52,219 nt of DNA from Octopus bimaculoides (GCF_001194135.2 NC_068985.1:100254515-100306733), one strand, 5' to 3'. Shown: positions 25,196 through 39,045, counted from the first letter of the stretch. Made by a program: numbers and translations. Notes: generated by a model from the sequence alone, not told the origin.

Positions 25196-25888
25196 CTAGA
25201 GGTGAAACTCTTGAAAAAAAGTCAATGAGGTAGAAAGATTCAAGGTATATTTAAAAATCCACATTTACTGTTCCATTACTAGTTAATAATTATCGCAACA
25301 GTTGCACAATTGCAAGGTATTTACAGTTACATAGTTATCCTTACATTAAGAAATTTATTCTGTATATATATAATTCTTTGTCTTTCTGTAGTAATTATTG
25401 TGTAATTTACCGTTAAATAAGCAGTTCTATACATGTACTATTTCGTTCATTTCCTTATATTTCATTAATTAACACTGCATAAAATAATACAGACATACTA
25501 TATACATACCACGCGGTAAGCCAGTATGCCTTGTTTTTTCAAGTAATTCATTACTACATATTCTTATTGGACTGCATAGGCTCAGTTTATGTTTCTTATG
25601 CTACAGCCACACCAGCATTCCAATGACAACCCTTCGCCTTCTGCAACATTTCAACAGTTCACCTCTCCGTTGCCGTCTCCTATTGCAGCCCATTTTCGGA
25701 ATGTACTCATTTCCGTACAGTATCTCCATCACACCTCCATTCATTTGTCTGTCAACCATACGATGGCTCGTGTTTGACGCAGCGCTGATCACCTCAAAGG
25801 CGGGTATATCCACTGGCAACGTTTCAATAGGTTTTAAAATCACATACCACACTCCCAATTTTCCATAAATGTTGGGGTCTGGAATCCT

Positions 25889-25927
<39 letters not shown>

Positions 25928-26307
25928 NNNNNNNNNNNNNNNNNNNNNNNNNNNNNNNNNNNNNNNNNNNNNNNNNNNNNNNNNNNNNNNNNNNNNNNNN
26001 NNNNNNNNNNNNNNNNNNNNNNNNNNNNNNNNNNNNNNNNNNNNNNNNNNNNNNNNNNNNNNNNNNNNNNNNNNNNNNNNNNNNNNNNNNNNNNNNNNNN
26101 NNNNNNNNNNNNNNNNNNNNNNNNNNNNNNNNNNNNNNNNNNNNNNNNNNNNNNNNNNNNNNNNNNNNNNNNNNNNNNNNNNNNNNNNNNNNNNNNNNNN
26201 NNNNNNNNNNNNNNNNNNNNNNNNNNNNNNNNNNNNNNNNNNNNNNNNNNNNNNNNNNNNNNNNNNNNNNNNNNNNNNNNNNNNNNNNNNNNNNNNNNNN
26301 NNNNNNN

Positions 26308-26364
<57 letters not shown>

Positions 26365-27519
26365 GTGTGAGAATCGATGTATCTCTGTATCTGTGATAGT
26401 GATTTTGTGTGTGTGTGTGTCTACAGATATGTACCTGGGTGTGCATACGTATCCACGGCACAAAATAATTAATCAGTAACATGCTCTAATCAGATGTGAT
26501 TCTTTTGAACCGACCTTACGTCATTCAGGAACGTATGCTTACAGTACTGCAATTCACGTTGAGCCGTGATTGCATGTCTACTCGGCTATAAATTCTTACA
26601 AAACCTTATGAACATGCAAAATAAATATAAATAAAATGGAATAAATATCATAACGGGTAATAAATTTATGGAAATATTAATTGATTTAATAGATTGCTCT
26701 TTTATGAATTTTAAGCGTGTGTGGTTATGCTCAGCTTCATACATTTTCTAAATGTATATTTCCATATCTTTACCTATGTGAATGTAATGAAGTCATTAAT
26801 TTAATGTGCACATAAAAAAATTATATTGCTTCATTGCACAGCAAAACAAAATACTAGAGATATAGATAATAATATACTGGAGTCTTCCTTACAAAGTATT
26901 GTAACATTTTTGTCCTAGCAATTTACAACCGTAATATAACTGATCATGAAGTTTGCTTCGAAAAGACTTACTAAACAATTGTGTTATTGCAAATAATAAA
27001 TAAAGAATGATACAATACACAAGAATATATGAAGATAAAAGATAAATATAAAAAGAAGTAAAACAATTAAAATCAAAAGAAAAAAAAAGAAACAAAACTC
27101 AAACCAAACAAGACATAGGAAAGAAAACTATTTATCTTCGGTCTATGAAACTAGTAAACGCTACATTAATCACATGTCTGTAGTTTGCTTAAAGTGGAAG
27201 TCTGTGGGAAGTGAAAGACAGCAAACTTATCGCTGTATGGTTATATTTGATTGCAAACAAAATTGTTGACCGGAATTTAAAACAGATGTCCATCATACCT
27301 ATAAGAAGAAGCACAGAAGAATGTGCAGCAGCGTGAAAATAAAAACCGATGCGTATGTACGCTACATGAGCCGTAACCCTTTCGTTAAACTCTAACCGGT
27401 ATACTGACTACGCTCGTACTTGGTAAAATTATGTAGCTGTATGGTCCAGTATGCGTATGTATGTATGTATATATATATATATGTGCGTGGGTGTGTGTGT
27501 GTGTGCGTGCGTATGTGTG

Positions 27520-27588
<69 letters not shown>

Positions 27589-28158
27589 GTTTCTTTATAA
27601 AGATTTATATTTATATATATATATATCAATATATTTATATATACACATACATATATATATGTATATGTATGTATATATCTATGTATCTACGTATGTATGC
27701 ACGAGTGTGCGCATATATGTATGTATACTTCGTCGGTTTTTGGTCGATGTTGCAAAATGTGGTTTTACGTCAATGCAACCCAATAACCTAAGAATATGAC
27801 CAGATAGCAAAATGACATAGTAACAGAACGGAAAACATGATTTGAAGCCGTGTTGGTATTGTAAAGTTCCAATACTTATGCGTATACAGCATATTAAAGA
27901 GGGACAGACAGACACACACACATTCATTGCATTACATGTCTGTGTATGTGTATCTATGTGCGTATATACAGATAGATAGATAGATAAAGAATGATTAAAG
28001 ATAGACAATTGCCGCCATTCATATTTCCACAGAATATGACGCGTGTGCCAACTATACGTGGGATTATACATGAGTTGAAAATCATTATTAGATAAAGGCT
28101 TTTAAGAGTGTCGAGAGCAGAATCATTGGTTGTGCTTTGATAATAATTGGTAATAGCT

Positions 28159-28375
28159 AAAGTGACGAGGTGGCAGAATCGTTAGCATGCCAGAGAAAAT
28201 GGTTAGCAGCACTTCGTCCGTCTTTACGTGCTGGGTTCAAGTGCTGTCGGAGTCGACTTTGTCTCTGTTCCTTTCGGGGTTGACAAGATAGGTATCAGTG
28301 GAACGCTGGCTCGATTTAATCGACTTAGCCCCTCTTCTGAAATTACTGCCCTCGTGCAAAAAATTTCAACCGATA
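28159..28375 (+). mobile_element. Old SINE family B, tail type 3
   Basis: ggtggcagaatcgttagc head, gtcgactttg core and ...gccctcgtgcaaaaaatttcaacc tail, as at 39386-39593. Confidence 0.8.
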
Positions 28376-30824
28376 TTTGGGCTACAGGTCTTTAAGAATT
28401 TAGTTGAAACCCTGCAGAAATCAGTTCTATCGTCCATTCTTCTGGATCGACAGAATAAGCTATCAATCAAGTATTCGAACTGATTTAATTGATTGACTCT
28501 GCGTTAAGTTTTTGGTCATTGCTAGAACTCCTCATTAAAGTTGTTGCATACCAATATCGGTCATTACTTTCGTTTGTTTAGAACCAAGACCAAATCTTAT
28601 GGGATTGCGTTGGTAATTTCGTCTTTCGTGGTTTCATAACATATGCACTAATCATGTATTAGTATCGATCCCATCAATATCTACGCTTCTGTGGATGAGG
28701 CGAATAATTTAAGATAATTACTTTATTTAGTACTTTATTGGATGAGTGCGGACGTATGTTTCCTCAGCCTAAATTCTATGAAGGACCATAGAGAGGACAG
28801 CAGTGTACCATAGGTAAAAAAATTCTTAATGTATGCAATGTGACTCATCTCTCTGAATCTGCAAATCATTCTTGATTTTAACAATTACTGTTACTGAATC
28901 TTACAACTACGTACATTTCTACTCACCCCATCTTTCAGTTTCTTAGTGAAGAGTTACCAGTCGTAAATGTGATACATCAAGATACATCATGAGACATCCT
29001 TGGGACTCAAACAAAATGTGAACCAGCCATCCGTTTACTTACATTATACAAAACTAAAAGTGTATATTTATTTATTTACTTATTTCTCGTGCTCAGTCGT
29101 CTTCCTCTCCTTTTTATCTCCATCCTCTCTCCTCCCTTTGTTTCCTCCATTTCTCTTTTTCATCAACGCTTATTTACCATTAGCTAAATTATTCCACATT
29201 TCTCTATATCTGCTGGCATTGTGAATTAACATTAGAGCGTACCTCACATTATGTGATCAGCATTATGTTATGAATTCGTTGTGATAGTGATAAGAGAAGC
29301 GACATATGTTACTGTCAATATCATAGATATAAACTCAGCGGGCGGCTTGGTGTATAACTCCACCGCCCGTTTCCTGTTTGCCTTTTACAAAATTCTTTCT
29401 GTTGCAAGCATCGACACTACTCTCCCATCGCACATTTTCTGGAGACATTAGTTTAGATGTTCAAGTCGTGCATGAATAGAAGAAACCTGCGAAAATTATG
29501 GACATTGTTGTCACTCTTATATAAAAATGGTTAAAACCAATTACATCAAAATAGCTGCAAGTAAGTAGCCAAGACTTATGCTTTACTACGTACTTATCAC
29601 TATTTTTCTGTATTTATGTAATATCACGGAAACGAGGATTAAAGATCGTTATACCACCGACATCTCTATGATTAATTCATTTACAACTTCCTTTTGTGTA
29701 CATAAATAGAATTTTTGCGAACAGAAACAGAACACGTTTTATATTAAGCATCATGTGAATTTTAGATTTCAGGAAAATGGTTTATAATGATCAACATTAA
29801 ATGCTAGTTTCTGCAATTTAATCCAACTATATAGGAAAAAAAAAGAACATTTATATAGCTAAGAAACCATGTGATTATTTCATAATACAACATCCTACCT
29901 GGGAATTATATAGCTGTTCAAATTATAGTCGTCTATATATAAATGGTCACAAGAATCAAACCTTGAAACTATGCAGTAAGGTTGAGTAGGCCTAGGCAAT
30001 ATTGCCAGCTCGATCGAGAGAAATCAGATTAATAAATTAAACTAAATAAGTTGCAATTGAGGTTAGCCAAATTTCCCTGCATTTCTTTCTAAAATGGATT
30101 AAGATTCCACATAAGAAGACTTTAATATCTATTGTACATGCAATTTATGAAAATTTCCATTAATAGCAGTAACACACGTTCTATCATTGTATTAGATAAT
30201 TTCTATTATGTTTCGAATATTGCAATGGTTTCATTAAGAAGGTCGGACCGAGTACAAATTCATTTGATTACATTCAACAATCTCATTGCTATGAGGCCGT
30301 TTTATGTTCAATAACATTACAGTTCAGACGTTTCTGGAGTTGAATGAAACAATGGAATACCAGAGTAAAAGCCTCATTATAATTAATTACAGCCCGATCG
30401 ATACCGAGTTCAAACCTCAGCGCAGTAAACTTTTTCATCTATGTTTCTCAGTAATGTATATATAAACCGTGCCTCAAAAATCAATTCAGTAATATTCGAC
30501 GTTAACATACACGATTGCCTTATGTGCAGCCCAAGACAACTATGATAATAGTAATAATGAACTTTGTAAAGTAAAAGCAAACTCATAGAGATTCGAGTTT
30601 GCCAGATGAAATCGATTCCGAGTTTCAATGAGTCAATTTCACTTTTGATGCCATAGGAGCAGAAATTTGAATTGGATTAGCAGTTGAAAATGAATGAACT
30701 CTTTTAGATACACACATATATACATATATATATACATGCATACATGCATACATACATGCATGAAAGCATACATGCATATATACGTACGTACGTGTGTGTG
30801 TGTATTTATACGTATGTGTGTATA

Positions 30825-31123
30825 TGAAGGCGATTGGATTTGTGGTTAGGGTATTTGGCTCACAGTCAAAAGGTCATGAGTTTGATTCCCGGCGGCGCCG
30901 TGTTTCCGTGAACAAAATACTTTATTTTCCGTTGCTCCGGTTCACTCAGTTGGCAATAATGAAATAATGAGTAGTACGTGTATTTCAAAGAGCTAAACGT
31001 GTCGCATTTTTTTATGTCTCTCGTGAAATTAGCGTGCAAATTGACTGAGTACTCCACGTGTCTGTGGAGTGGTCAGCCACTTGCACGCTTATTTCACAAG
31101 CAGGCAGTTCCATGGATTGGATC
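30825..31123 (+). mobile_element. SINE family D head with rearranged alpha tail
   Basis: tgaaggcgattgg..gtggttagggtatttggctcac head and gttgctccggttcactcag core, homologous to 44096-44422. Confidence 0.8.
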
Positions 31124-31139
31124 ATATATCTATATGTAT

Positions 31140-31480
31140 GTGTGTGTATATGTTTGTGTGTCTGTGTTTGTCCCCCCAACTTCGCATGACAATCGATACT
31201 GGTGTGTTTACGTCCCCGTAACTTAGCGGTTCGCTAAAAGAGACCGATAGAATAAGTACTAGGCTTACAAGGAATAAGTCTTGGGGTCGATTTGCTCGAT
31301 TATATGGCGGCGCTCCAGCATGGCCGCAGTCAAATGACTGAAAGAAGTAAAAGAGTAAAAGAGATCACAGCTGATTTCTGGTCTTGTTCCTGGGGGGGGG
31401 GGTCGCTTTGTTTGACTAATACCCTTTAAGGTGATGGCCCTGCATGGCCACCATCCAATGAATGAAACAAGTAAAAAAAT
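31140..31480 (+). mobile_element. SINE family C tail plus a second degraded tail fragment
   Basis: ggtgtgtttacgtccccgtaacttagcggttcg...ccagcatggccgcagtcaaatgactgaaa.aagtaaaagag, followed by a similar ggggtcg...gcatggccacc...gaaacaagtaaaa piece. Confidence 0.8.
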
Positions 31481-32811
31481 AAAAGAATTGTAAGAACGTC
31501 AAACTACATGATTCATGGTATTTAGATACCAACCTTTACGTTCTGGTTTGAGATCTCTCTGTGGTCATGATGTAAAGGTCCTTTATCTTCCCTTGCAAAA
31601 CATCGCACAGTGGAAAGGAGGAAGTGTTGCTGCATGAGCCACTTCCTGTCTTTCATAGAACCTCACTCAACCGTCAGCTCCAGAAAGGACACATCAATCT
31701 CACCACGCAGGTCCTTATAAACAGAGAGTGGATCAATAGATTTCATCCTCAGAAAGAAGCATGGGTGATGGAAGAATACAACGGCCAAACTGGATGAGAA
31801 TGTGAATGATGAAATGTATGAATTTTGGTTGATATCAATGTTAGTCTCCATATCAGATTAATTTGACGTGGATCACGAAGGGAGCATCGATATCGTCATG
31901 TCATTGATTCTGCTAGAAATAGCAGCCTATCTCAAATCAAAATCTATTGTACTAGAACATTCAATAGTATGCTTCTACATACACCGCGTCTGAAAAATAA
32001 ATCTAAGTAGATCATTAACTCTATGTATTTGACTATGCGGATGACTACGATCTATACAAAAACTAAAAAAAAAAATAACTAACAAACTGAAATAAGAAAC
32101 ATTCCAACGTAATTGTACTGACGTCTTCATATCCGGAAAATGTATCAATGAATTCTTCTGCTTTTAAGGAATAAGTCTATGTTTTCTAGCAGTTACAGCC
32201 AAAACGTGAAATCTCTGTTCTTGGCTTCAGTATTTATTTCTTCGTTCTCCTCGTTATTACGTTGTATCATGTTATGGGGAATATTTAAATATAGTATTTT
32301 CCTAATCAACAGTTTCAATTATAGCTTTCACTTCAGTATGATGCATTATACCTGTCAATGGCCGAGATAAGTCTATATATTTTCCGATCTGTCTTCAGTT
32401 GGCAGTGCTGTTGTATATATCTTAGCCAGATCTTAACTGATTGCTCTTGGCTGATGAAATACCTAAAAACTAACCAAACTGTAACTATAATGTATTATTC
32501 GAAGGGGTGGTTATAATATTGATGGTGGTAGACTTATTGTTGGTGATGATAGTATAGCAGTAGTGGCAGTAGTGGTGGTGGTGTTAGCTACTCCCACCTC
32601 GGCACTGATCGAGGAGGCCCATGTTCAAACGTTTTTCTATTTGTTAACATGCCAATTTATCACTTTCTTTTTCTTCCATTTTGAGACATAAAACACTTTT
32701 TCTTCCACGTTCTATAAATAATATACAGTATAATAAACATTATTCAGTAAAAAAAAAAATGGAGCGCCATTCGAAACCCGAGAACGAATATAGCTTGGTG
32801 AAATGTACCAT

Positions 32812-33133
32812 TTTATTTATTATTATTTATGCACCCTTTTATAGCCTAGCCAGGTTCATGGGCCTGGTTTCCCGGTTTCTATGGCGTATGTGTTCGCTCC
32901 AGCTGGACGGGACGCCAGTTCATCGCAGCGTTAATCAAGAAACAGGAAGAAAGAGTGAGAGAAAGCTCGGGCGAAAGAGTACAACAGGAGTCGCCACCAC
33001 ACCCTGAAGGAGCCTCGTGGGGCTTTAGGTGTTTTCACTCAATAAACACACACAACACTCGGTCTGGGAATCGAAACTGCGATCCTCCGACCGCGAGTCC
33101 GCTGCCCTAACCACTGAGCCATTGAGCCTCCAC
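32812..33133 (-). mobile_element. SINE family A head with beta tail, (TAAA)n end and 13-bp TSD
   Basis: Full tRNA-like head gtggaggctcaatggctcagtggttagggcagcgg. tgaaatgtaccat occurs at 32799-32811 and 33134-33146. Confidence 0.93.
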
Positions 33134-33276
33134 TGAAATGTACCATGCTTTCGCTGATTGTTTTAAATGCCTATGTAGTCGCAAGTAAACTCTGATACTC
33201 TCAAGACGTTGACCCTGTGGCACATCCAGAATACGACAGCCGGAGCAGGGGAAGAATTGCACCAGAATTAGGCTCT

Positions 33277-33420
33277 TACACATTTTCAACTGAGTCAACT
33301 GGAGTAAAGTGAAATGAAATAACTTACTTAAGGAAACAGCGTGCCGCTTAGCTAGGAATTGAACACGCAAAATAATGATCGCTAACCGAACACGCTAACC
33401 ACTAAGTCATGCGCTTTCAC
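33277..33420 (-). mobile_element. SINE family D head fragment
   Basis: Reverse complement gtgaaagcgcatgacttagtggttagcgtg...ccttaagtaag...ctccagttgactcagttg. Confidence 0.7.
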
Positions 33421-33851
33421 AAATATAAAATACAGTTTGTGATATGATGGAAGCTTCGTAGTTATTTCTAACTGACTATAAAGCAAGCAGATTCTATAAT
33501 TCACGTTGGCTTGGCTAGGCCTGTGGATTTCTTTACTCACAACCTAGCTTTGATAAAAGACACTCCACGCATGACTATCCAGCCTTTTCAGATTTAGTGA
33601 AATACAAGCTACATCATCTAATATGTCGACGTCAAATGAAATGGTTGTAGAAGTTTGAGAGATATTTCGTTTCTATGTTTAGCGTCTTTGATATTCTTGC
33701 TTGATTGTAAGTGCGTTTGTAAGTGCGTGCGTATATATATATATTCAAATATTCACATACATATATGTACATACATGTATACATACATACATATATACAT
33801 ATATATACACATACATGTATACAAATTTACATATATACATATACATACATT

Positions 33852-33885
<34 letters not shown>

Positions 33886-34531
33886 NNNNNNNNNNNNNNN
33901 NNNNNNNNNNNNNNNNNNNNNNNNNNNNNNNNNNNNNNNNNNNNNNNNNNNNNNNNNNNNNNNNNNNNNNNNNNNNNNNNNNNNNNNNNNNNNNNNNNNN
34001 NNNNNNNNNNNNNNNNNNNNNNNNNNNNNNNNNNNNNNNNNNNNNNNNNNNNNNNNNNNNNNNNNNNNNNNNNNNNNNNNNNNNNNNNNNNNNNNNNNNN
34101 NNNNNNNNNNNNNNNNNNNNNNNNNNNNNNNNNNNNNNNNNNNNNNNNNNNNNNNNNNNNNNNNNNNNNNNNNNNNNNNNNNNNNNNNNNNNNNNNNNNN
34201 NNNNNNNNNNNNNNNNNNNCATACACAGAAATGTGTTTGTTTGTGTGTGTACGTGTGAGTGTATGTATGTATGTATGTATGTATGTATGTATGCATGTAT
34301 GTATGCGTGTGTGAGTGACTGATTGAATGTTTACGTTCTGGAAAGAAATTCAAAAATAAAAACCGAACCCAGAGAGAATATTAATTATATTTCTAGGATA
34401 AATAAAATACCTAGAGAACACTTATTAATTCTCTTTGTTTATTCCGTACACACATTAAACTCAACTATAAGTATACAGATAAGCACACACATACACACAC
34501 ACATATATAGTATATACATAAACACACACAT

Positions 34532-34566
<35 letters not shown>

Positions 34567-34665
34567 CATCCATATAATATATATGTCTATACATATATGT
34601 CAGTTTCTTTTGAGATTATTCACATATATATATATTTACACACACACACGCATATATATACACTA

Positions 34666-34735
<70 letters not shown>

Positions 34736-35443
34736 ATATGAATGTATATATTTATGTAAATGTGTGTATGTGTGCATATACACAGGCAAAAAGGGTGTAG
34801 AATGAAAATGAGACAAAAATTAACTTTATCATATACTTATGTATATGATATCAAATATTTATATATGTGTGTATGTGTGTTTGAGTTTGTGTATGTGAAT
34901 ATATGTGCGTGTGTGTGTGTGTGTGTAGAGAGAGAGAGGAGAGAGGAGAGAGAAAGAGAGAGAGCTACATGTTCCCTTGTAAGCACACACATAGTATATA
35001 CATAAGCACACACGCACACACACACTCTCACAGAAAGAGAGAGAATCAGAGAAAGAGAGAGGAAAATACTGAGAGAACGTGTGTATATGTGTGCGAGAAA
35101 ATTTAGCTTTCTGAGACCTATTTGTTTAGATGACGTCAACTGTGCAAAAGGTGAAGTTTTAGCAGAGTATCAGATCTTTTGCAAGATCAGTTCTTTGTTT
35201 ATTGTTTAACAAGCCATGGTTCCAGAACTAAGGTTGACTGCTCACAGCCAACATAAAATAAAACAAATTACAAAACTCTCAGAATGGTGACAGATGGTTT
35301 GTCGTGCCGAATATTGTCTTTGGAAATAATTCTACTTACCATTTGTTGTTTTCGAATGTTTGTTGTTCAGGCGTTAAAGGAAATGTGAACGAAAAGGAAA
35401 ACTAGTTCAAACTCTTCCTTACACTATATATATTTCGATATAT

Positions 35444-36270
35444 NNNNNNNNNNNNNNNNNNNNNNNNNNNNNNNNNNNNNNNNNNNNNNNNNNNNNNNNN
35501 NNNNNNNNNNNNNNNNNNNNNNNNNNNNNNNNNNNNNNNNNNNNNNNNNNNNNNNNNNNNNNNNNNNNNNNNNNNNNNNNNNNNNNNNNNNNNNNNNNNN
35601 NNNNNNNNNNNNNNNNNNNNNNNNNNNNNNNNNNNNNNNNNNNNNNNNNNNNNNNNNNNNNNNNNNNNNNNNNNNNNNNNNNNNNNNNNNNNNNNNNNNN
35701 NNNNNNNNNNNNNNNNNNNNNNNNNNNNNNNNNNNNNNNNNNNNNNNNNNNNNNNNNNNNNNNNNNNNNNNNNNNNNNNNNNNNNNNNNNNNNNNNNNNN
35801 NNNNNNNNNNNNNNNNNNNNNNNNNNNNNNNNNNNNNNNNNNNNNNNNNNNNNNNNNNNNNNNNNNNNNNNNNNNNNNNNNNNNNNNNNNNNNNNNNNNN
35901 NNNNNNNNNNNNNNNNNNNNNNNNNNNNNNNNNNNNNNNNNNNNNNNNNNNNNNNNNNNNNNNNNNNNNNNNNNNNNNNNNNNNNNNNNNNNNNNNNNNN
36001 NNNNNNNNNNNNNNNNNNNNNNNNNNNNNNNNNNNNNNNNNNNNNNNNNNNNNNNNNNNNNNNNNNNNNNNNNNNNNNNNNNNNNNNNNNNNNNNNNNNN
36101 NNNNNNNNNNNNNNNNNNNNNNNNNNNNNNNNNNNNNNNNNNNNNNNNNNNNNNNNNNNNNNNNNNNNNNNNNNNNNNNNNNNNNNNNNNNNNNNNNNNN
36201 NNNNNNNNNNNNNNNNNNNNNNNNNNNNNNNNNNNNNNNNNNNNNNNNNNNNNNNNNNNNNNNNNNNNNN
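35444..36270. other. Largest of 13 assembly gaps
   Basis: N-runs: 4301-4331, 6481-6768, 11608-11744, 17823-18131, 25928-26307, 33886-34219, 35444-36270, 36637-36962, 41073-41653, 42693-42776, 43879-43942, 45788-46145, 46701-46905. Most abut microsatellites. Confidence 0.99.
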
Positions 36271-37024
36271 TGATGAGAATAATGATGATGATAATGAAGA
36301 GGAGGATGAAGAGGGGAGGAAGAGGAGAAAGGGGAAGAAAGCGAGAGACATGTTGCTCTTATTTGCTTAATTTTCTGGAAACTAGGGATGTGCTTATGGC
36401 CCCAAGGACCGTTGTCGTTTGGAAAATTCTTACATCTAAAGAAAACAAAAACAAAGAAAAAAGGACATCAATTACATTAAAGTAGGATTGATAGTTCAAA
36501 GCGGTGCAAGGGAAAAGACCTAGGGGTTAAGGTTTCAAATTAGATAAGCTAACTAATACTAAGATTACTATGACGATGACAAAATCAACGATAGTTATAA
36601 CGATGAAAATCAGGATGATGATGATGATGATGATGANNNNNNNNNNNNNNNNNNNNNNNNNNNNNNNNNNNNNNNNNNNNNNNNNNNNNNNNNNNNNNNN
36701 NNNNNNNNNNNNNNNNNNNNNNNNNNNNNNNNNNNNNNNNNNNNNNNNNNNNNNNNNNNNNNNNNNNNNNNNNNNNNNNNNNNNNNNNNNNNNNNNNNNN
36801 NNNNNNNNNNNNNNNNNNNNNNNNNNNNNNNNNNNNNNNNNNNNNNNNNNNNNNNNNNNNNNNNNNNNNNNNNNNNNNNNNNNNNNNNNNNNNNNNNNNN
36901 NNNNNNNNNNNNNNNNNNNNNNNNNNNNNNNNNNNNNNNNNNNNNNNNNNNNNNNNNNNNNNAAATGAGGAGGAGGAGAAGGAAGAGGATGGAAAGTAGT
37001 AACAGTTTTAGTAGTAGTAGTAGT

Positions 37025-37062
<38 letters not shown>

Positions 37063-37097
37063 TAGTAGTAGTGGCAGCGGTAGTAGTTGCAGTGGCT

Positions 37098-37153
<56 letters not shown>

Positions 37154-37224
37154 TATGGTTGTAGTAGTAAGAGGAGGAGAAGGAGAAGGAAGATGAGGTA
37201 TTGTAGTAGTACTAGCAGCAGCAT

Positions 37225-37283
<59 letters not shown>

Positions 37284-38296
37284 AGAGGTGGGCTTTGTAT
37301 GTGTGCGTGTTTGCCTGTGCCTATGCGTATCATTGGGACTGAGGGAGCGATAGCGAAAAAGAAGTGAGAGAGATAATGATGACGATTATCATCAGCTACA
37401 TCAGCATCCTTTCCTTCCGCTCTTCTTTACCATCGCCGTCGTCGCCGTCATCATCATCATCAACGTCGTCAACATCATCATCATCATTGTTATCATCGAC
37501 GCAGTCGGCATCATCATCACCATCATTGTCGTCGTCATAATCATTGTCGTTTTCGTCGTCGTCATCATCATCATCATCATCATCATTATCACCATGAACA
37601 TTGAAAGGATAATTCTATTTATAATGAAAACGGGTTCGACTACGGTGATAATGACTGGTATGACAACTGCTATGACAATACCTAATGACAAATGAATTAA
37701 ATGAATCAAATATGATGATGATGATTATGAGGAGGAGGAGGAGGAGGAGGATGGTGTCGAGATGGAGAAGTAGAAAGGGGGCGGTGTAAAAATGATGACG
37801 CTGACAACGACCACCGCCACAACCACGACACCAATGCCTTGGATGATAATAGATGATGATGATGATGATGATGAAGATGATGATAATTGATGATGACGAT
37901 GATGATGATAGTTGATGATAAATGATGATGATGGTGATGGTGGTGGTGTTGGTGGTGCAGGTGACGATGATGGCGATCGTGATGAGGACGAGGTGCACGA
38001 GGGAGCAGATGAGAATAACCACGACGAAAATGGGTGTGCTTTGAAGGGGTGTACCTGTAGAAGGCAACAGCGGCAGCGACGGTCCTGGATGGCAGTCGTG
38101 GTAATGATAGTGGTGGTGGTGGTGGTGGTGGTGGTTTTGATGGAGATGACTATTACGGCGGTGTCGAAGGAGAAAGCGGTGACCCAAGAGGGGGATTGTG
38201 GACGCAAAGAGAAAAAAAAACAAAATAAAACAAAATTAAGAAATATAAAACTCTTATGTAATTTATTTCGTTTCGTTTCGGTTGTCTAATATTACT

Positions 38297-38335
<39 letters not shown>

Positions 38336-38340
38336 TCTTA
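36271..38340. repeat. Trinucleotide low-complexity island: (GAT), (GAG), (AGT), (AGC), (CAT/CGT), (GGT), (ATT)
   Basis: Directly visible. The overlapping homopolymeric ORFs in many frames follow from the triplet periodicity. Confidence 0.95.
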
Positions 38341-38863
38341 TAATTTTTTCAAGATAATGGAAAACTGATTAAGATAGCCAATATAATGCTGTGTTTTATA
38401 ATTGATGTTATTGTGGTTATTTATGGTTTAGTAGGCGTTTTGGGTTTGTTTATTTTATTCTTTACTTTTCTTAATTATTTTTATTATTTTTTTTTCTTTG
38501 TCCTCTTCCGAAAACATTTCACCTGTTCAAATAATTAGCACACTATTATTTCATTATGCTCTCTAACACATTTGTTTTTTAACATTTCTGTTTAATTTTA
38601 TTTTTGATTACTTTTTATATGTGAATTTTCGTTTTGTTCTGTTTTGTGTTTTTTACTCTTTATTTTGTCAATAGAAATTTTCCTGTTGAAATTGATATAT
38701 TTTACTATTAATTATTAATTTCATTTTTGTTGTATGTATTACATTTTGTTAATTACTCATTTCGAGTTTACTTCTGAGTTTTGTAATTCTGCTTCTCATT
38801 ATTCCATCCTTACCCATCTCTGTCTCCCATATTTTTCTTACACCTGTTTCCATTCTCTATCTC

Positions 38864-38902
<39 letters not shown>

Positions 38903-39045
38903 CGATTTTTCTTTCTGATATATAACAAGTAATGTTTGCTCCATTTTTGCAGGCAGATTGAGCATTGACATTGATTGTAATAGTTTGGTAATGTTCATGC
39001 TGATAATTACCTCACAAATCGAATTTTTGGTACATGACAACGAGG

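Noticed and set aside
31655-31800. Open frame TSLNRQLQKGHINLTTQVLINREW... after an acceptor-like site
   Set aside because: About 45 codons, no recognised homology and no convincing donor.
36965-37342. Ser- or Thr-rich mucin-like ORFs
   Set aside because: Pure (AGT)/(AGC) repeat open in several frames and on both strands.
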